Part shown: positions 13,705 to 30,951 of the stretch, in pieces | Position numbering within the stretch: position 1 is the first letter of the stretch | Layout of the letters: each line of letters opens with the position of its first letter | Origin: Eledone cirrhosa | Lineage: Eukaryota | DNA: 64,000 nt | Direction: 5' to 3' | Assembly: GCA_964016885.1 (NCBI GenBank) | Contig: OZ024742.1 | Span: forward strand, 3,720,001-3,784,000 | The notes under the pieces: generated by a model | What the model was told of the DNA's origin: nothing | Databases searched by the model: none | What the model saw: the letters and a program-made list of their open reading frames with translations, nothing else | Program-made: the position numbers and the translations under genes

Positions 13705-13750
13705 TGAAGCTCTTACACATGTTACGTCCAAGTTGGGCTCCTCAACTTCA
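13705..13750 (-). ncRNA. Heavily decayed HHR-like motif
   Basis: tgaag-TTGAGGA-gcccaacttggac-GTAA-CATGTG-TA-agagcttca. Confidence 0.35.
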
Positions 13751-14395
13751 AGAAAAACTGCCAGCTCGGTCTCATGGAACTTTACTATATAGTGCAAGCG
13801 CCCCCTGATCTCATCAACAGTCGAGCCGAAACCGTCATTTATTGCGTCCATAGACTACAACAGTCGTTCTACAGATGGACCCCGGATAATACTCAAACGC
13901 CATAGTACCAGGGCATTTTACACCACGCCATGGTCTGTCTTAAAACGGTGGGCTAAAAATTAAACATCTCTGAAAAATACTATTATCCAACCCCCGTCAT
14001 CCTTCAAGGGTGTTGCACTACATGTTTCCACACCTGATCGCCTCCTCGTATTCCTCCACACTAACGGAATAATTCTTGAGTATCTCTGCAGGATCGATGA
14101 TTGTACCATTTAAACACCATGGGCGTATAATCATGTGATTGTGCATGGCCTGACGTTTATGCCTTTACACTTCTCGGCGTTTAAACCTTTGTTGAGTGCC
14201 TCTGCAAATTGGCTTGACAAAGCATAATTAAATTAGCACATAGTAAATAGACTTAGGGGAATAAATAAATATTTTGTAATAGTAGACGGAAATTTACCAG
14301 ATAATTCCAAATAGCACCGGAATTAACCCTCTTTGTTCACAAACATAAACATCTAACTTTGTAACACCGCGATATGAATTTCGATGTTAAAATCG

Positions 14396-14506
<111 letters not shown>

Positions 14507-14577
14507 TTATATGTATATATATGTATTTATATGTATATATATATGTATATATATGTATATAAAATATATATATATTA

Positions 14578-14652
<75 letters not shown>

Positions 14653-15027
14653 CATACTTGTATATAAACTACATATAGTTATAAACAGGAAAGGTCATTC
14701 TTGTTTGTTTTACCACCTTATTACATGTATGAAAAATAGCTCAATGTAAATACATCAGGTGCCTTACAGAGCAAGAATATAAAGTTCAAAACTATATGCT
14801 AGATACCTCTGGAATCTTACTGTCTATATGCCTATGTACCACTACTGTCCTCCTTTGGGAGTAAGCTTCTTTTATAATTATTTTATAATCTTTATTATAC
14901 CCATTGCTACAGACCACAACATCCTCACTCTTTGAACATGACACTATTGATAGCAACAATAATATCAACCTATCTTTATCATTGTTCTGTGGAATAGAAT
15001 ATTAATTATGTGTTTAAACTTTGCCAA

Positions 15028-15074
15028 TGCTCCGATGAAACCAAACGGCTGTTTGGAAGAAACGATTGTCAGCA
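15028..15074 (+). ncRNA. Type I HHR with U4C
   Basis: tgct-CCGATGA-aa-ccaaac-ggct-gtttgg-aa-GAAA-CGATTG-TC-agca. Confidence 0.65.
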
Positions 15075-15658
15075 ATAAAAAGTATTGAACATAATTTTGA
15101 TTGTTTTGAACTTTATATATATATATATATGACGGGCTTTTGTAATTAGTTTCCTCTCTACCATGTCTACCATATTCCACACATAAGATAGCCAATGTGG
15201 GGTTATAACAGAGACTAAATTCCCATGGTGCTGCACTTCGCCACAGAAACAGGAACAATGGCGTTCCATAGCAAACACATTATACAGAATTGTCTGTGCC
15301 AATTATTTGGGCAATAAGTCTATAAGTAAAAATTGATAATAAATGCTTCTATAAGTAAATGAATATATTGCTTATTCAGCAGAAAAAACTATTCAATATA
15401 TCCATCTCTCAGTTATCTTTGAAACAAAAAGAAAAATAATAGACAAATATTATTATGGAATAAAAAGTAACGGGAAAAAACAATAAATATAGAAAAAAAA
15501 CAAATAACTAATTTTACACAAAGGAAAGAAAAATATTTCCAGCATTAAATATAATAGAGAATATCGCTCGAGACTAAAGTACCAATCTTGGTTATATTAC
15601 TATTTTACACTCCCATATACATACATATACACACAGATATATATATATATACACAAAC

Positions 15659-15832
<174 letters not shown>

Positions 15833-16245
15833 TTATATATATGTACATATATATATATGTAGGTGGATGGTTGTGCACATATATATATGCCCTAACCATA
15901 ACAACCCGGTGGTATGAACAAACATCTGTGAACCAAATGTACATCGCAGACCATGCTCGAACAAGCATTAGTGAAGCAACATCCACTAAATAATAAATGT
16001 ACACCCCAGACCCGACCTGTACTGGCACTAGTGAAACAACACACATAATATAAAGATGCTAAACACCAGCATATGAACATGTATAAAAATCTAAATGGGA
16101 ATGGATTGTTAGAACACCGGCCAGAGTTACTCCCCCTGCTCTGCGATAATAACAACAGATGAACAGAGGATAAGAATGAACTATGATGTTAATTTAATCG
16201 TGAAATCCCTCCTGGGTCCTATATTGATCATTGTTTTGTTTTCCA

Positions 16246-16288
16246 TGCCCTTGATAAGCCCATTCCGGGCGAAACGTACGTAGGCGCA
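16246..16288 (+). ncRNA. Type I HHR, U3-A8 core
   Basis: tgccc-TTGATAA-gccc-attcc-gggc-GAAA-CGTACG-TA-ggcgca. Confidence 0.7.
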
Positions 16289-16756
16289 CTGTTATATAAA
16301 CATGTTCTAACGGATTTAAACTCCTTGTATTCATTTCCTTTATAATCGCTCTGCTTATTTTTTCTCACCCACTAAATATCGACGCCTCTAATATTTAACC
16401 CTGCAGGCACGAGTATTGAGCACATATGCATAAACTATTGCCAACTAAATATATGTATCGCCCATCTTTCCATTTTTTTCTCTCTCTCAATACTTAATCA
16501 TTCTATATATATATATACACACGTATACATAGACACACACATATATTTATATACAAATAATGAATATGGCTTCTTTTTATATATAAAGTCCTTTTCTTGT
16601 TCGTATCTTCACAATATATCATAAAACGTGAATATATATATTAATAAAAGGAATTCCAACTTTGTCTGATTTACTCGTTTTATTTACAATCCTTTAAAAT
16701 TTATAATGATATTATAATGAAATAGTATGGTAGAATATTAAATCTTAAATGTTAAT

Positions 16757-16795
16757 TGAACAAGTACTTTCATGCTTTCGCAATCTTCAGGTTCA
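16757..16795 (-). ncRNA. Minimal type I HHR (left arm)
   Basis: Exact reverse complement of 16882-16920. Confidence 0.8.
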
Positions 16796-16881
16796 TATTC
16801 AGTGGTGACAGTCAAGTTTGCAATTTTCAACTGTGAAAATTGACAGTTGATAATAGCAAACTTGACTGTTACCACTGAATA

Positions 16882-16920
16882 TGAACCTGAAGATTGCGAA
16901 AGCATGAAAGTACTTGTTCA
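16882..16920 (+). ncRNA. Minimal type I HHR, 39 nt
   Basis: tgaac-CTGAAGA-ttgc-gaaa-gcat-GAAA-GTAC-TT-gttca. Confidence 0.8.
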
Positions 16921-18509
16921 ATTAACATTTAACATCTAATATTCTACCATACTATTTCATTATAATATCATTATCATTTTAGAGGATTGTAAATAAAACG
17001 AGTAAATCAGACAAAGTTGGAATTCCTTTTATTAATATAATCTTCTTTACACAATCATACACACCCGTGTATATTTATATATATATATGTGTGTGTGGGA
17101 GGGGGGGGGGGTGAGATTATTCTGAGTTTTCTGAGGTTTGAGATTATTCTGAGATTATTCATTTAGTTTTTCTGCAGAGAAATATTGCAGAATGTACCAT
17201 GACATGCCAATTTGAGCGCATGGGCTCTCTGTCATCCACATGTAAAATACTAGCCTGAAGTGATGTAGTTGTTGTGGGATACCCAGTAGCAATGCCTTGG
17301 TGGTTGCTGGTGATAATCCTTATATAAAACCTGATATTACAGTTCTACTTCTGACGCATTCTTCCTTTATCGCTTCTTTCTCCCGTGACAGTAACACGTT
17401 TATTTTGTTGTTTCTGTAATGGACAGCGAAAGTTGCTGAGACAAGGAGCTAGGATTTTCACAAACAAGAATAGCAAAATATTTCAAGCATCAATGCTCAG
17501 CATTTTCACAAGATCACAAGATAAACGGTGTGTATGCTTCACTAGCAAAAGAGCAATTAATATCTTAAGAAACATGTTTAAAACAAAATATCTGTTTACT
17601 AATTATTTTCATCGGATTATCAACAACGTTTAGTAACACTTTTAAATACAATATTGGAATTCGTAATTAGTTTTAACACTTTTCTCAGAGTAAATGTCAG
17701 TATTTGAAGTATTGCGGGGGAAAGTATTACCATATTGTTAAGTGTCTGTGGGCAATACACATTAAATGACATGTCTTGAGTATCTTTATATCGGGTACTC
17801 AAGATCTGCTTAGGTCAGATGGAACTAGATCCCTGGTTCAACTCCCTGCAAAGCAAGCTTGGTTATGCAGTACATCCTTGTACTTCCTTTATCGATCACT
17901 TCTTGTTGAACCACTAAGTTACGGGTCATACACATGGACAGGGATACACATATAGATACAGACATTAAGTGTGTCTGTATATCTATCTATCTATCGATAG
18001 ATAGAACTACCTAACCTGCGTCCTTACAGTTCCACTCTCCAAATTTCACTCACAAGATATTGGTCAAACTGAGGTTGTAGTAGGAAAGACTTGCCTAATG
18101 TTCTACGCATTGAGAATATAAGTTGTTTTATAAATTCCTCTCTCATTTTCCTCCCAAAGCCGTATGATCTGGAGATTGTGGCAATTATTAAAACTTCAAA
18201 CATACATGTTTCTGGGCGAATTTGCCAATTATAAATCCCAGCAGGAAATATACCTTTTGCTTAATACACACACACACGCGCGCGCGCGCACGCGCACACA
18301 CATACACACAGACACACATACACACATACACTTACACACACACGCGCGCGCACACACAAATACACACATACACTTACACACACACACACAGATAGAGATA
18401 CATACATACATATACACACGCACCTACACATACACACACACATAGATAGAGATACATACATACATGCATACACACTTACATATATATAGGTAGATATTCA
18501 CACATTCAT

Positions 18510-18544
<35 letters not shown>

Positions 18545-18580
18545 AGTGGATAGAGATACACACATACATACTTACATAGA

Positions 18581-19180
18581 AAGCCACATTGTTGCCAGCT
18601 GCGAAAGAATGTCATCTCGCTACTACCTCCCCATGAAACACGATGGGATAGCTAGAACCATCTAGAACGCACTTCCGAAAACAAAATTAACAACAAACGA
18701 GGAAGAATATATTGAGACAGATGGCACTAAGGAATACTGGTGGAACCTGAAAATAAAAACTGCCACCAAATTAAAGCACAACCGGCCTGATATTGTTGTT
18801 TGGGACCACACATTGAAAACGTGTTCTGTTGTGGAGATCAGCTGCCCACTTGATGTAAACGTTGTCAGAAAAATACAGGAGAAGGAGGACATCTACGGAC
18901 CATTGATGAGGAGTTTACAAATTCAGTATCCAAGATACACCTTTAGCTTCATACCCATCATTATTGGAGCTATGGGTTATATACCAACCCGCTTGGACCA
19001 AAGTATGACTGAATTTGGATTTGCGAACAAAGAGCGCAGCTCCCTAATTCATAGTCTACAAATGGCTGCGATAGCTGGCACCTTCAAGGTTTGCAAGGGA
19101 TGACAATTTCTTTTCTTTTACAACCTTGCCACCAGGAAGGTGGTCGGTCAAACAAATATACTCTAAATTAAGAGAAAGAG
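18581..19180 (+). mobile_element. 3' fragment of an R4/Dong-like RLE non-LTR retrotransposon
   Basis: SHIVASC...KHD, then YWWNLKIKTATKLKHNRPDIVVWD...VVEISCPLDVNVVRKIQEKEDIY (PD-(D/E)xK); flanked by (TACA)n. Confidence 0.8.
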
Positions 19181-19191
19181 ATACATACATA

Positions 19192-19605
19192 CATGGTGGC
19201 TGCCAACTCGTTTTCGAGTACGGCCACTACTTTATATCCATGTAGGACAACCCCTACCGATGCACTAAACAAGTGTGACTTTTTAGTCCAGCCAGAGACT
19301 TGAAAACTCTGGTACAAACACTACACTTGTGACAATTATTGACACATAATGCTGGGCCCATGGTACCATGTGATGACAAGTGCAGAGAGATCTCCAGATA
19401 TAAAGCAATGCCTGTGCCGTGAAGCTTTTATAGTGAGCAAAGGCACTGCACAAAGCCAGTCCCACTCTCTTAACCAAGATGGTATTTACCAAAACGAAGA
19501 ACAAGTCAACATCATTGGATATCATCAGGGTTGCAGGTGTTATATCAGAGTTTTCCTTCTCCTAGAAATCTGCCTTGACAAAGGCTAAGGGGTCATCGCT
19601 CCCGG
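19192..19605 (-). mobile_element. RTE-derived non-autonomous element, 5'-truncated
   Basis: Close match to 19667-20082. Confidence 0.65.
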
Positions 19606-19614
19606 ATATATATA

Positions 19615-19648
<34 letters not shown>

Positions 19649-19666
19649 CACATATATATATATATA

Positions 19667-20278
19667 CATGGTGGCTGCCAACTCGTTTTCTAATAAGGAC
19701 CACTACTTTATATCCATGTATGGAAAACCCCTACCGATGCGCTGAACGAGTGTGACTTTTTAGTCCAGCCAGAGACTTGAAAACTCTGGTACAAACACTA
19801 CACTTGTGACAATTATTGACACATAGTGCTGAGCCCATGGTACCATGTAATGACAAGTGCAGGGAGATCTCCAGATATAAAGCAATGCCTGTGCCGTGAA
19901 GCTTTTATAGTGAACAAAGGCACTGCACAAAACCAGTCCCACTCTCTTAACCAAGATGATATTTAGCAAAAGGAATAACAAGTCAACATCATTGGATACC
20001 ATCAGGGTTGCAGGTGTTATATCAGAGTTTTCCTTCTCCTAGAATTCTGCCTTGACAAAGGCTAATGGGTCATCCCTCCCGGTGATTTGGGATGGCCATT
20101 GACTCTTAAGAGCTCCTTTGCCCTTTGACAGGTTTTGTTTTTAGTCCTGCAGGATGTCCAAAGTCACCCTCCTCACCAAGAAACCTTGGTGGGGTTGCCA
20201 GTTTAGTCGCCAACGACCCGACCATGAGACAGGTTGTACTGGGATACATGTTACCAGTAGCACCAACTGGTGACCTGA
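19667..20278 (-). mobile_element. RTE-derived non-autonomous element, longest copy
   Basis: Minus strand carries an RTE 5' UTR-like motif (gtcaaggcag...ctaggagaaggaaaactctga, from recall), no ORF, fixed 3' end ...ggcagccaccatg plus (TATG/TA)n. Confidence 0.65.
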
Positions 20279-20655
20279 CATACATACATACATACATACA
20301 TACATACATACATACATACATACATACATACATACATACATACATACATACACACACACATATAATTGTTATGAAGCGATGCAAGAAATTCAGTGCTAAA
20401 TTAAATGAGATTTCATTCATAGATGGATGAGAAACTGAGAATATCTAAGTTATGTGTATATATTAGATCAACAACAACACGATGAACAACCCCCGCACAA
20501 CTGGAAAAACATCAACAGCAACAATAACGTAGAAAGCGACATAAGAATCAGCAATGACAACACCAACAACAACAACACCACCACCAACACCAACAACAAC
20601 AACATCATCAACAATAATCTTTAAAAAAAACTATCATCACTATCATCCTCACCAA

Positions 20656-20930
20656 TAACAATGAAAGCAACGACAACTACAATAATAACGATGAAAGCAA
20701 CGACAGCTACAACAACAACAATGAAAGCAACGACAGCTACAACAACAACAATGAAAGCAACGACAGCTACAACAACAATGAAAGCAACGACAGCTACAAC
20801 AACAACAATGAAAGCAACGTCAACTACAACAACAGCAATGAAAGCAACGACAGCTACAACAACAACAATGAAAGCAACGTCAACTACAACAACAGCAATG
20901 AAAGCAACGACAGCTACAACAATAACAACT
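20656..20930. repeat. Minisatellite, ~30 bp unit x9
   Basis: atgaaagcaacgacagctacaacaacaaca repeated, beside (CAA)n. Confidence 0.9.
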
Positions 20931-22227
20931 TCTGCATCGAAACAGTCATTAAGGTTTTTCACCAACAACACAACAAAAGATATTAATTTCGAAGTCATTC
21001 AATAATTTCATATCTAAATGCCAATATTCTTAAAAACAGATTATACAACAATTTAGCTATTACAAATTGTTTTCAAAAGTCATGATTATTATTTTTGATG
21101 CGTTCGCAGGAGAAATAATTGAGTGTTTTTGTTTGTTTTTAAGAACATATATTTTGTAATGTAATGCGTTGGTATATTAATGTTAGTATAGTTACAGCAA
21201 CTATAATAACAATAATTCTAATTCTAACCATAATTTTAATTCTAACATTAACCCTCAAACACTCACCTTTATCTTCACCTAAATGAGCAATGAAACTCCA
21301 AACGTGTACCGCCTTTAAACAAGCTTTACCTCGTTTATTGTATTTTATTATATTCTAGCTTTTCCCTCTCAGCTCCCTAAAGCTTACTATTCTTGTCTTT
21401 CCCGAACCACACGCACCACAAAGAACTACGTAACCCACTATATATTTTATATCATGGTATACAAGTAAATCTGCGTGGTTAAGATAACGGGCAGCTTCAC
21501 GATCATGTGATAATGAAAAGGCTGATGATGACTACTATGATGACGATGATAAGGCCGATGATGTCTACTATGATGACAAGGCCGATGATTTGATAAGAAG
21601 CAAAATAAATGAGAATATAAGAAGTCTATTTGGCATGTATTCTAACATCCATTTATCATCCTGTCAATTTCCAATTTCATTGCTACAATTCTACAATAGG
21701 TACTGACAATTAATGAAGATATCTGAAATATGGCGAATTTACTCTCCGCAACTACCTGTACAACTAACGCCATTTTATATTTTAGAAAATTGTTTTTTTG
21801 CATTAAAGAGAACTTTGAAATAAATAGAGATGGAGGATTTTTCATTGAATTGATGAATTAATTGTCAGGTACGGTACATTTCCTGTATTTCCATTCCGAG
21901 ATGACCTTCCGTTCTATTATTCTGTAGATGTTTTAAAAGCATTCAATGCCTTTCCTTATACTGCATACATTCAGCTATTATCCTTCAATATTCCACATGT
22001 TTAAATTCAACTCGCGTTGATTTCTTCTTTAGATGTAAAGCAGATAACAGATAATAACAGTCGACATATAACACCTCAAATCACATGACTCATTTATTCT
22101 AATGAAATCAGGAATCCACGTATCATGAACAACTGCCCGTTTGGAGGATTTTATAGAAAAAAATCGCCAAGACAGAATGTTTGATATCACAAGAGCATGT
22201 GGATGAAATAAGTATTATAGGCTTATA

Positions 22228-22400
22228 GGCGCAGGTATGTATAGTTGTGCTCTGAAAGAGTTCGCTTTAAAAAAACATGGTCACGAGTTAACTCACTTTG
22301 TGGCACCTTAGACAAGTATTTAGTACTATATCTTCGGCTTGACAAACGTCTTGTGAATGAAATTTGGTAGACAGAAAACCGAGTGGAATCCCGTCGTATA
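22228..22400 (+). mobile_element. Decayed tRNA SINE (family C); related minus copy ~18015-18115
   Basis: ggcgcagg...gtggcaccttagacaagt...ttgtgaatgaaatttggtagacagaaa...cccgtcgtata. Confidence 0.5.
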
Positions 22401-22569
22401 TATATTTATATATATATATGGGGGGTGTCTAACAATTTTTGTACTTGTGTGGCGTGTGTGTGTTGGCTTAGTAGGGACATATGACGTTCCTTGGTCATTT
22501 GAAACAGCCCACCCAATACCAGATCCTGCCTAGCCGATTTTTCACAGAGGAAGAGAGAGGGAGAGATAG

Positions 22570-22679
<110 letters not shown>

Positions 22680-22789
22680 AGAGAGAAGGAAGGGAGCTAG
22701 AAAGATATATAGAGGAATCACTGAACCAGGCCTCCACCTAATTTTCCTTTTATAAAAAATATTACGATTACATCACGTTAAAAGTGTTT

Positions 22790-23160
22790 TAATAGATCAT
22801 TGACAGAAATAAATATATTCTCATCGATATACTTGGAGATAATTATGTTGCCAGCAATGCCCATAAAAACACATGCACCGTATCATTTTCACTTTTTCAC
22901 TATAGTTTTATTACTAGTTATTGATTAATTCATCAAAATTATTTCGTCACACACTCTGTGAACTCCTCAATGACCATCTGTCCCCTTTTGTGCCTCCTTT
23001 TCTTTTCAGGTCTTAATCTGTTATATTATCTTTTCATTGGATAATTCTACCAACTTGGCCATCCCGAAATATAAACATATATGTTCCAACACACGATTTC
23101 ACATAGAGAATTTTGCAAAACAGATAAATAAGCGTATAAAAATATATTCGCAAATATATG
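22790..23160. mobile_element. Old diverged Nematis-like pLTR remnant
   Basis: atgttgccagcaat, tttcgtcacacactctgtg and caacacacgatttcacatagagaat resemble the Nematis-like pLTR and tail; decayed HHR 22932-22974 (-). Confidence 0.5.
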
Positions 23161-23569
23161 GACACATTTTCTATGAAATTATTGGCCATTCCGAAACGTT
23201 TCTTTAGTTCAGATAATAGAGTTAAATGTGGCAGCAGTCTATCAGATTGATGTCTAATGTCAGATCTCAGTCAATCCTCTCATTAGGTTTGCGCTTTTAT
23301 TTTCTGATGGTTTTTTTTTTTATGGTGCCTGAAGCACCTCTGTGCTCATGACTGTGTCTTCTGTTTAAATAACTTCAGATTACATCAAAGGAAACAACCA
23401 GCTTTTCTATGTAATCAATAGAGTGTTAACACTTACACTATACCTTAGTGATTTATATGAAATGTTCAAATGCTGTTAAATATAATTTCCTTCAATCTCA
23501 CTGGGCACAGAAAAAACTTAAAAGACATGGTTTTAGGATAATTATCACTGATAGAATATAAACAATTGC

Positions 23570-23617
<48 letters not shown>

Positions 23618-23626
23618 TAAATATAT

Positions 23627-23691
<65 letters not shown>

Positions 23692-24053
23692 ATGAATAAT
23701 ATATTCCACCAGTAATTTCTTACTTTTCGTAATAATTTTATTAAATTCTTGGTGATAGTAATTCACTAACACAATGTTAACGTGGAATTATATACATACA
23801 CACACGCGTGTGAGTGAGTGTGAGCGTGTGTGAGTGTGTGTGCGAGTGTGTGTGTGTATGTGTGTGTGGGGGGGGGGGGGGGATTTATATATTTTATAGA
23901 GAAATGACTTTTGTATAGAAATGTTTTATTCATATGAAATCAACCCGTAGAAGTCATTTACTTATGAAATATAAAGATGCCTATAGTATACCAATGTATT
24001 GAGTAATTTTTTGAACTATGGCCTTCTGCCGATACTCATTGGGAATTCAATCA

Positions 24054-28522
<4,469 letters not shown>

Positions 28523-28532
28523 TGTATATATA

Positions 28533-29948
28533 TATTTCGTTTCTGAATTTGTTTAGCAAGATTCTTTATCTGAAAACGTGTGTTGAAACAGATATTATTA
28601 TACTTTGGGAGGGTCATGTTGCCAATAAGAAACACACGCACCAGCTGCTTTCACTTCAATTTATTATAATAAATTTATAAATTTAGGAATTTATAAATTT
28701 CCGGTTGGTTCTTTGGTTGTTTATATAATGTCAAAGTTATTTCGTCACACATTCTGTGACCTCTTCAGTGACTGGGGATTCTTTTCTTTCCTTTGTTTTT
28801 GGGCCTCTCCTTTGTTCTGTCCTACGCCACCTTGTTTATGTGTGTGTGTTGTGTGCTCAGTCTGCGCATGCACCACATCCGGGTGTCTGTGTGTGTTTAT
28901 ATTCGTTTATTTATTTGTTTATTTACATGTGATTTGGTTGGTTGTTTGTTCTATGTGCGTGTGTGTTTTCATTTTGTCCTTAATTGTAAGTTGTGATGTT
29001 GCTGTTCCACTCATGTTTTCTATTTAATTTTGGTTGTAATTCTTTTATGTTTATTGCCTCTGTGATTTGTCTAAACATTGCGTCTTTTCTGTGTGTAGAT
29101 TCTATTTTTATTTCTATGTTCTCTAATTTACCCTTGTGTTCTATTTTAGCATGTTGGTAGAGTACTGATGATTCTTTACTATCTGAAGGTCTCGCCAGTG
29201 TTCATTTATCCGTTTCCCTACACTACGAGCTGTCTCACCTATGTACACTATATTTATATCTCTACATTGTCCTTCAGAACATCTTATGCTATATACTACA
29301 TTTCTAGTTTTACAGTTAATATGGGGGTTTAGTTTACAGGTTATACATTTCTTATCTATACAGGGGGTCTTTGAAAAGGGTATGTCTTGCTAATAAGTGT
29401 TTTTATGAAGGTACCTGGTCTTTCTACTATCTTAATATTGAGTTTATGTTTATCTAGGGCCCTTCTAAATTTGTAAGCTAATTCACCTCTAGGGGTTGTA
29501 TCGATGAACATTACACTCATGGTATTTATTGCTATCATACCATGAGTTTATTCTATTAGCCTTATTCCTAGTTCTTTCTATTCTATTCCAAAATTTGCTC
29601 CTGCACAAGGGGCAGGTCTCATTTGTGTCATTATTTACCATTTTTTCCTATTTGGTTCTGGCTCCTCTATACACTCTGATTTTATCTCTCTGATTGTAAC
29701 CAGAGAACTGCATACGGTGGATGAAGTGTTGTATGTGTCTCTCTAGTTATTCGGGGTTGCACATGCGGGACACGTGTCTCATCACCCGTACCAAATCCGC
29801 AATCAGTATGTTGATTTTGGTATGGTCCGAAACAGCTGAGTTTCGGTGGATCAGATATTTGAAAGTCATGGGTTTGGCATAATGGGAATGGAGGATTTGT
29901 TTTTTGTTATTAATGGTATCTAACCAGAGCTCTGTGTCTAGTACAGGT
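28533..29948 (-). mobile_element. Nematis-like PLE 3' fragment (thumb, EN, pLTR)
   Basis: Near-identical direct copy of 24170-25540, flanked by short (TA)n. Confidence 0.88.
28730..28772 (-). ncRNA. Type I HHR of Nematis-like pLTR
   Basis: gtca-CTGAAGA-ggtcacagaatgtgtgac-GAAA-TAAC-TT-tgac. Confidence 0.72.
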
Positions 29949-29962
29949 ATATATATATATAT

Positions 29963-30440
29963 AGTTTTAATACAGATGAGATTCTTCATGACAACAACTG
30001 TTTCATTCTTTAGAAATCATCAGGAATCTGGGTATCAAAAAATAAATATGGTATTTATAGGTGGTAGGATAGGGTAGGGAGTGGGATGGGTAGAGGTAAT
30101 TGGTTGGTAGAAAAGGGAATTCATTAAAAGCTAATTCTTTAAAGCTATAATTTATATTTAGAGTAACAAAGGCAGAAAGAATTCTATAAACAAGTTCAGA
30201 ATGGGGTGCCACTCATTAGCTTTAAGTTTCTCTTAAGTTAACAATGCCTATATTTCAGGTGTCTATAAGATCGTTGGGGGACAATCATGGTTGATGGATT
30301 TAAAGAAAAGGGAAATTCTTTAAAAGCTAATTCTTTAAGGTTCTACTTAGTGACAAAGGCCTAGAGAATTATATAGACCAGTTCAAAATATTGAGTGCAT
30401 ATCATACCATTATCTTCAAATTTCTCTTAAACTATATTCC
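29963..30440 (-). mobile_element. pLTR-like non-coding element with internal tandem duplication and decayed HHR
   Basis: Reverse-complement homolog of 53332-53750; CTGATGA...GAAA at 29979-30029. Confidence 0.65.
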
Positions 30441-30566
30441 AAAAGTCAACAAACACATTCACAAACACACACACTCACACACACACTCGCGCGCACCCAC
30501 AAACACACACATACGTATATATATATATATACATATATATACATATACACATATATACACACATAT

Positions 30567-30644
<78 letters not shown>

Positions 30645-30802
30645 ATACTTTGGGAGGGTCATGTTGCCAATAAGAAACACACGCACCAGTTGTTTCACTT
30701 CAATTTATTATATATTTATAAATTTATAAATTTACAAATTTACAAACTTATAAATTTCTGGTTGGTTGGTTGGTTCCACAACCAGATAGTTGTTTATATA
30801 TA

Positions 30803-30845
30803 ATCATAGTCCTTTCGTCACACACTCTGTGACCTCTTCAGTGAC
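30803..30845 (-). ncRNA. Type I HHR of Nematis-like pLTR
   Basis: Inverted partner of 30952-30996. Confidence 0.72.
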
Positions 30846-30951
30846 CTCTTCGTGACACACACAGAAACAAAATGGCGTAGGATAGAAGAAAGGAAAGGCA
30901 CAGAAACAAAGGAAAAAAAAAAAAAAAAAAAAGAAAAGGAAAGGCATCCCC

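Larger units (their letters stand above)
16638..17075. mobile_element. Palindromic non-coding HHR element, copy 1
   Basis: ~197 bp arms around loop gaaaattg (16835-16842), one HHR per arm, 3' tail ...catacacacccgtgtatatt. Confidence 0.85.

Noticed and set aside
16638-17039. MITE or foldback DNA transposon interpretation of the palindromes
   Set aside because: Asymmetric 3' tails, embedded HHRs and identical geometry in RT-coding PLEs point to retrotransposition.
20195-20278. HDV-like or twister ribozyme at the 5' end of the RTE-derived element
   Set aside because: Could not place P1/P1.1 (HDV) or the L1/L4 consensus (twister); kept only as an unresolved structure.
20656-20930. CRISPR-like array
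   Set aside because: No unique spacers, eukaryotic context, no cas genes.
20661-21005. Thr-rich MKATTATTTT ORF as mucin or antifreeze-like gene
   Set aside because: A 30 bp minisatellite grown from (CAA)n, open on both strands, with no splice or signal evidence.
21642-22000. Possible host exon
   Set aside because: No family motif or clean splice pair; looks more like a decayed LINE remnant, too weak to call.
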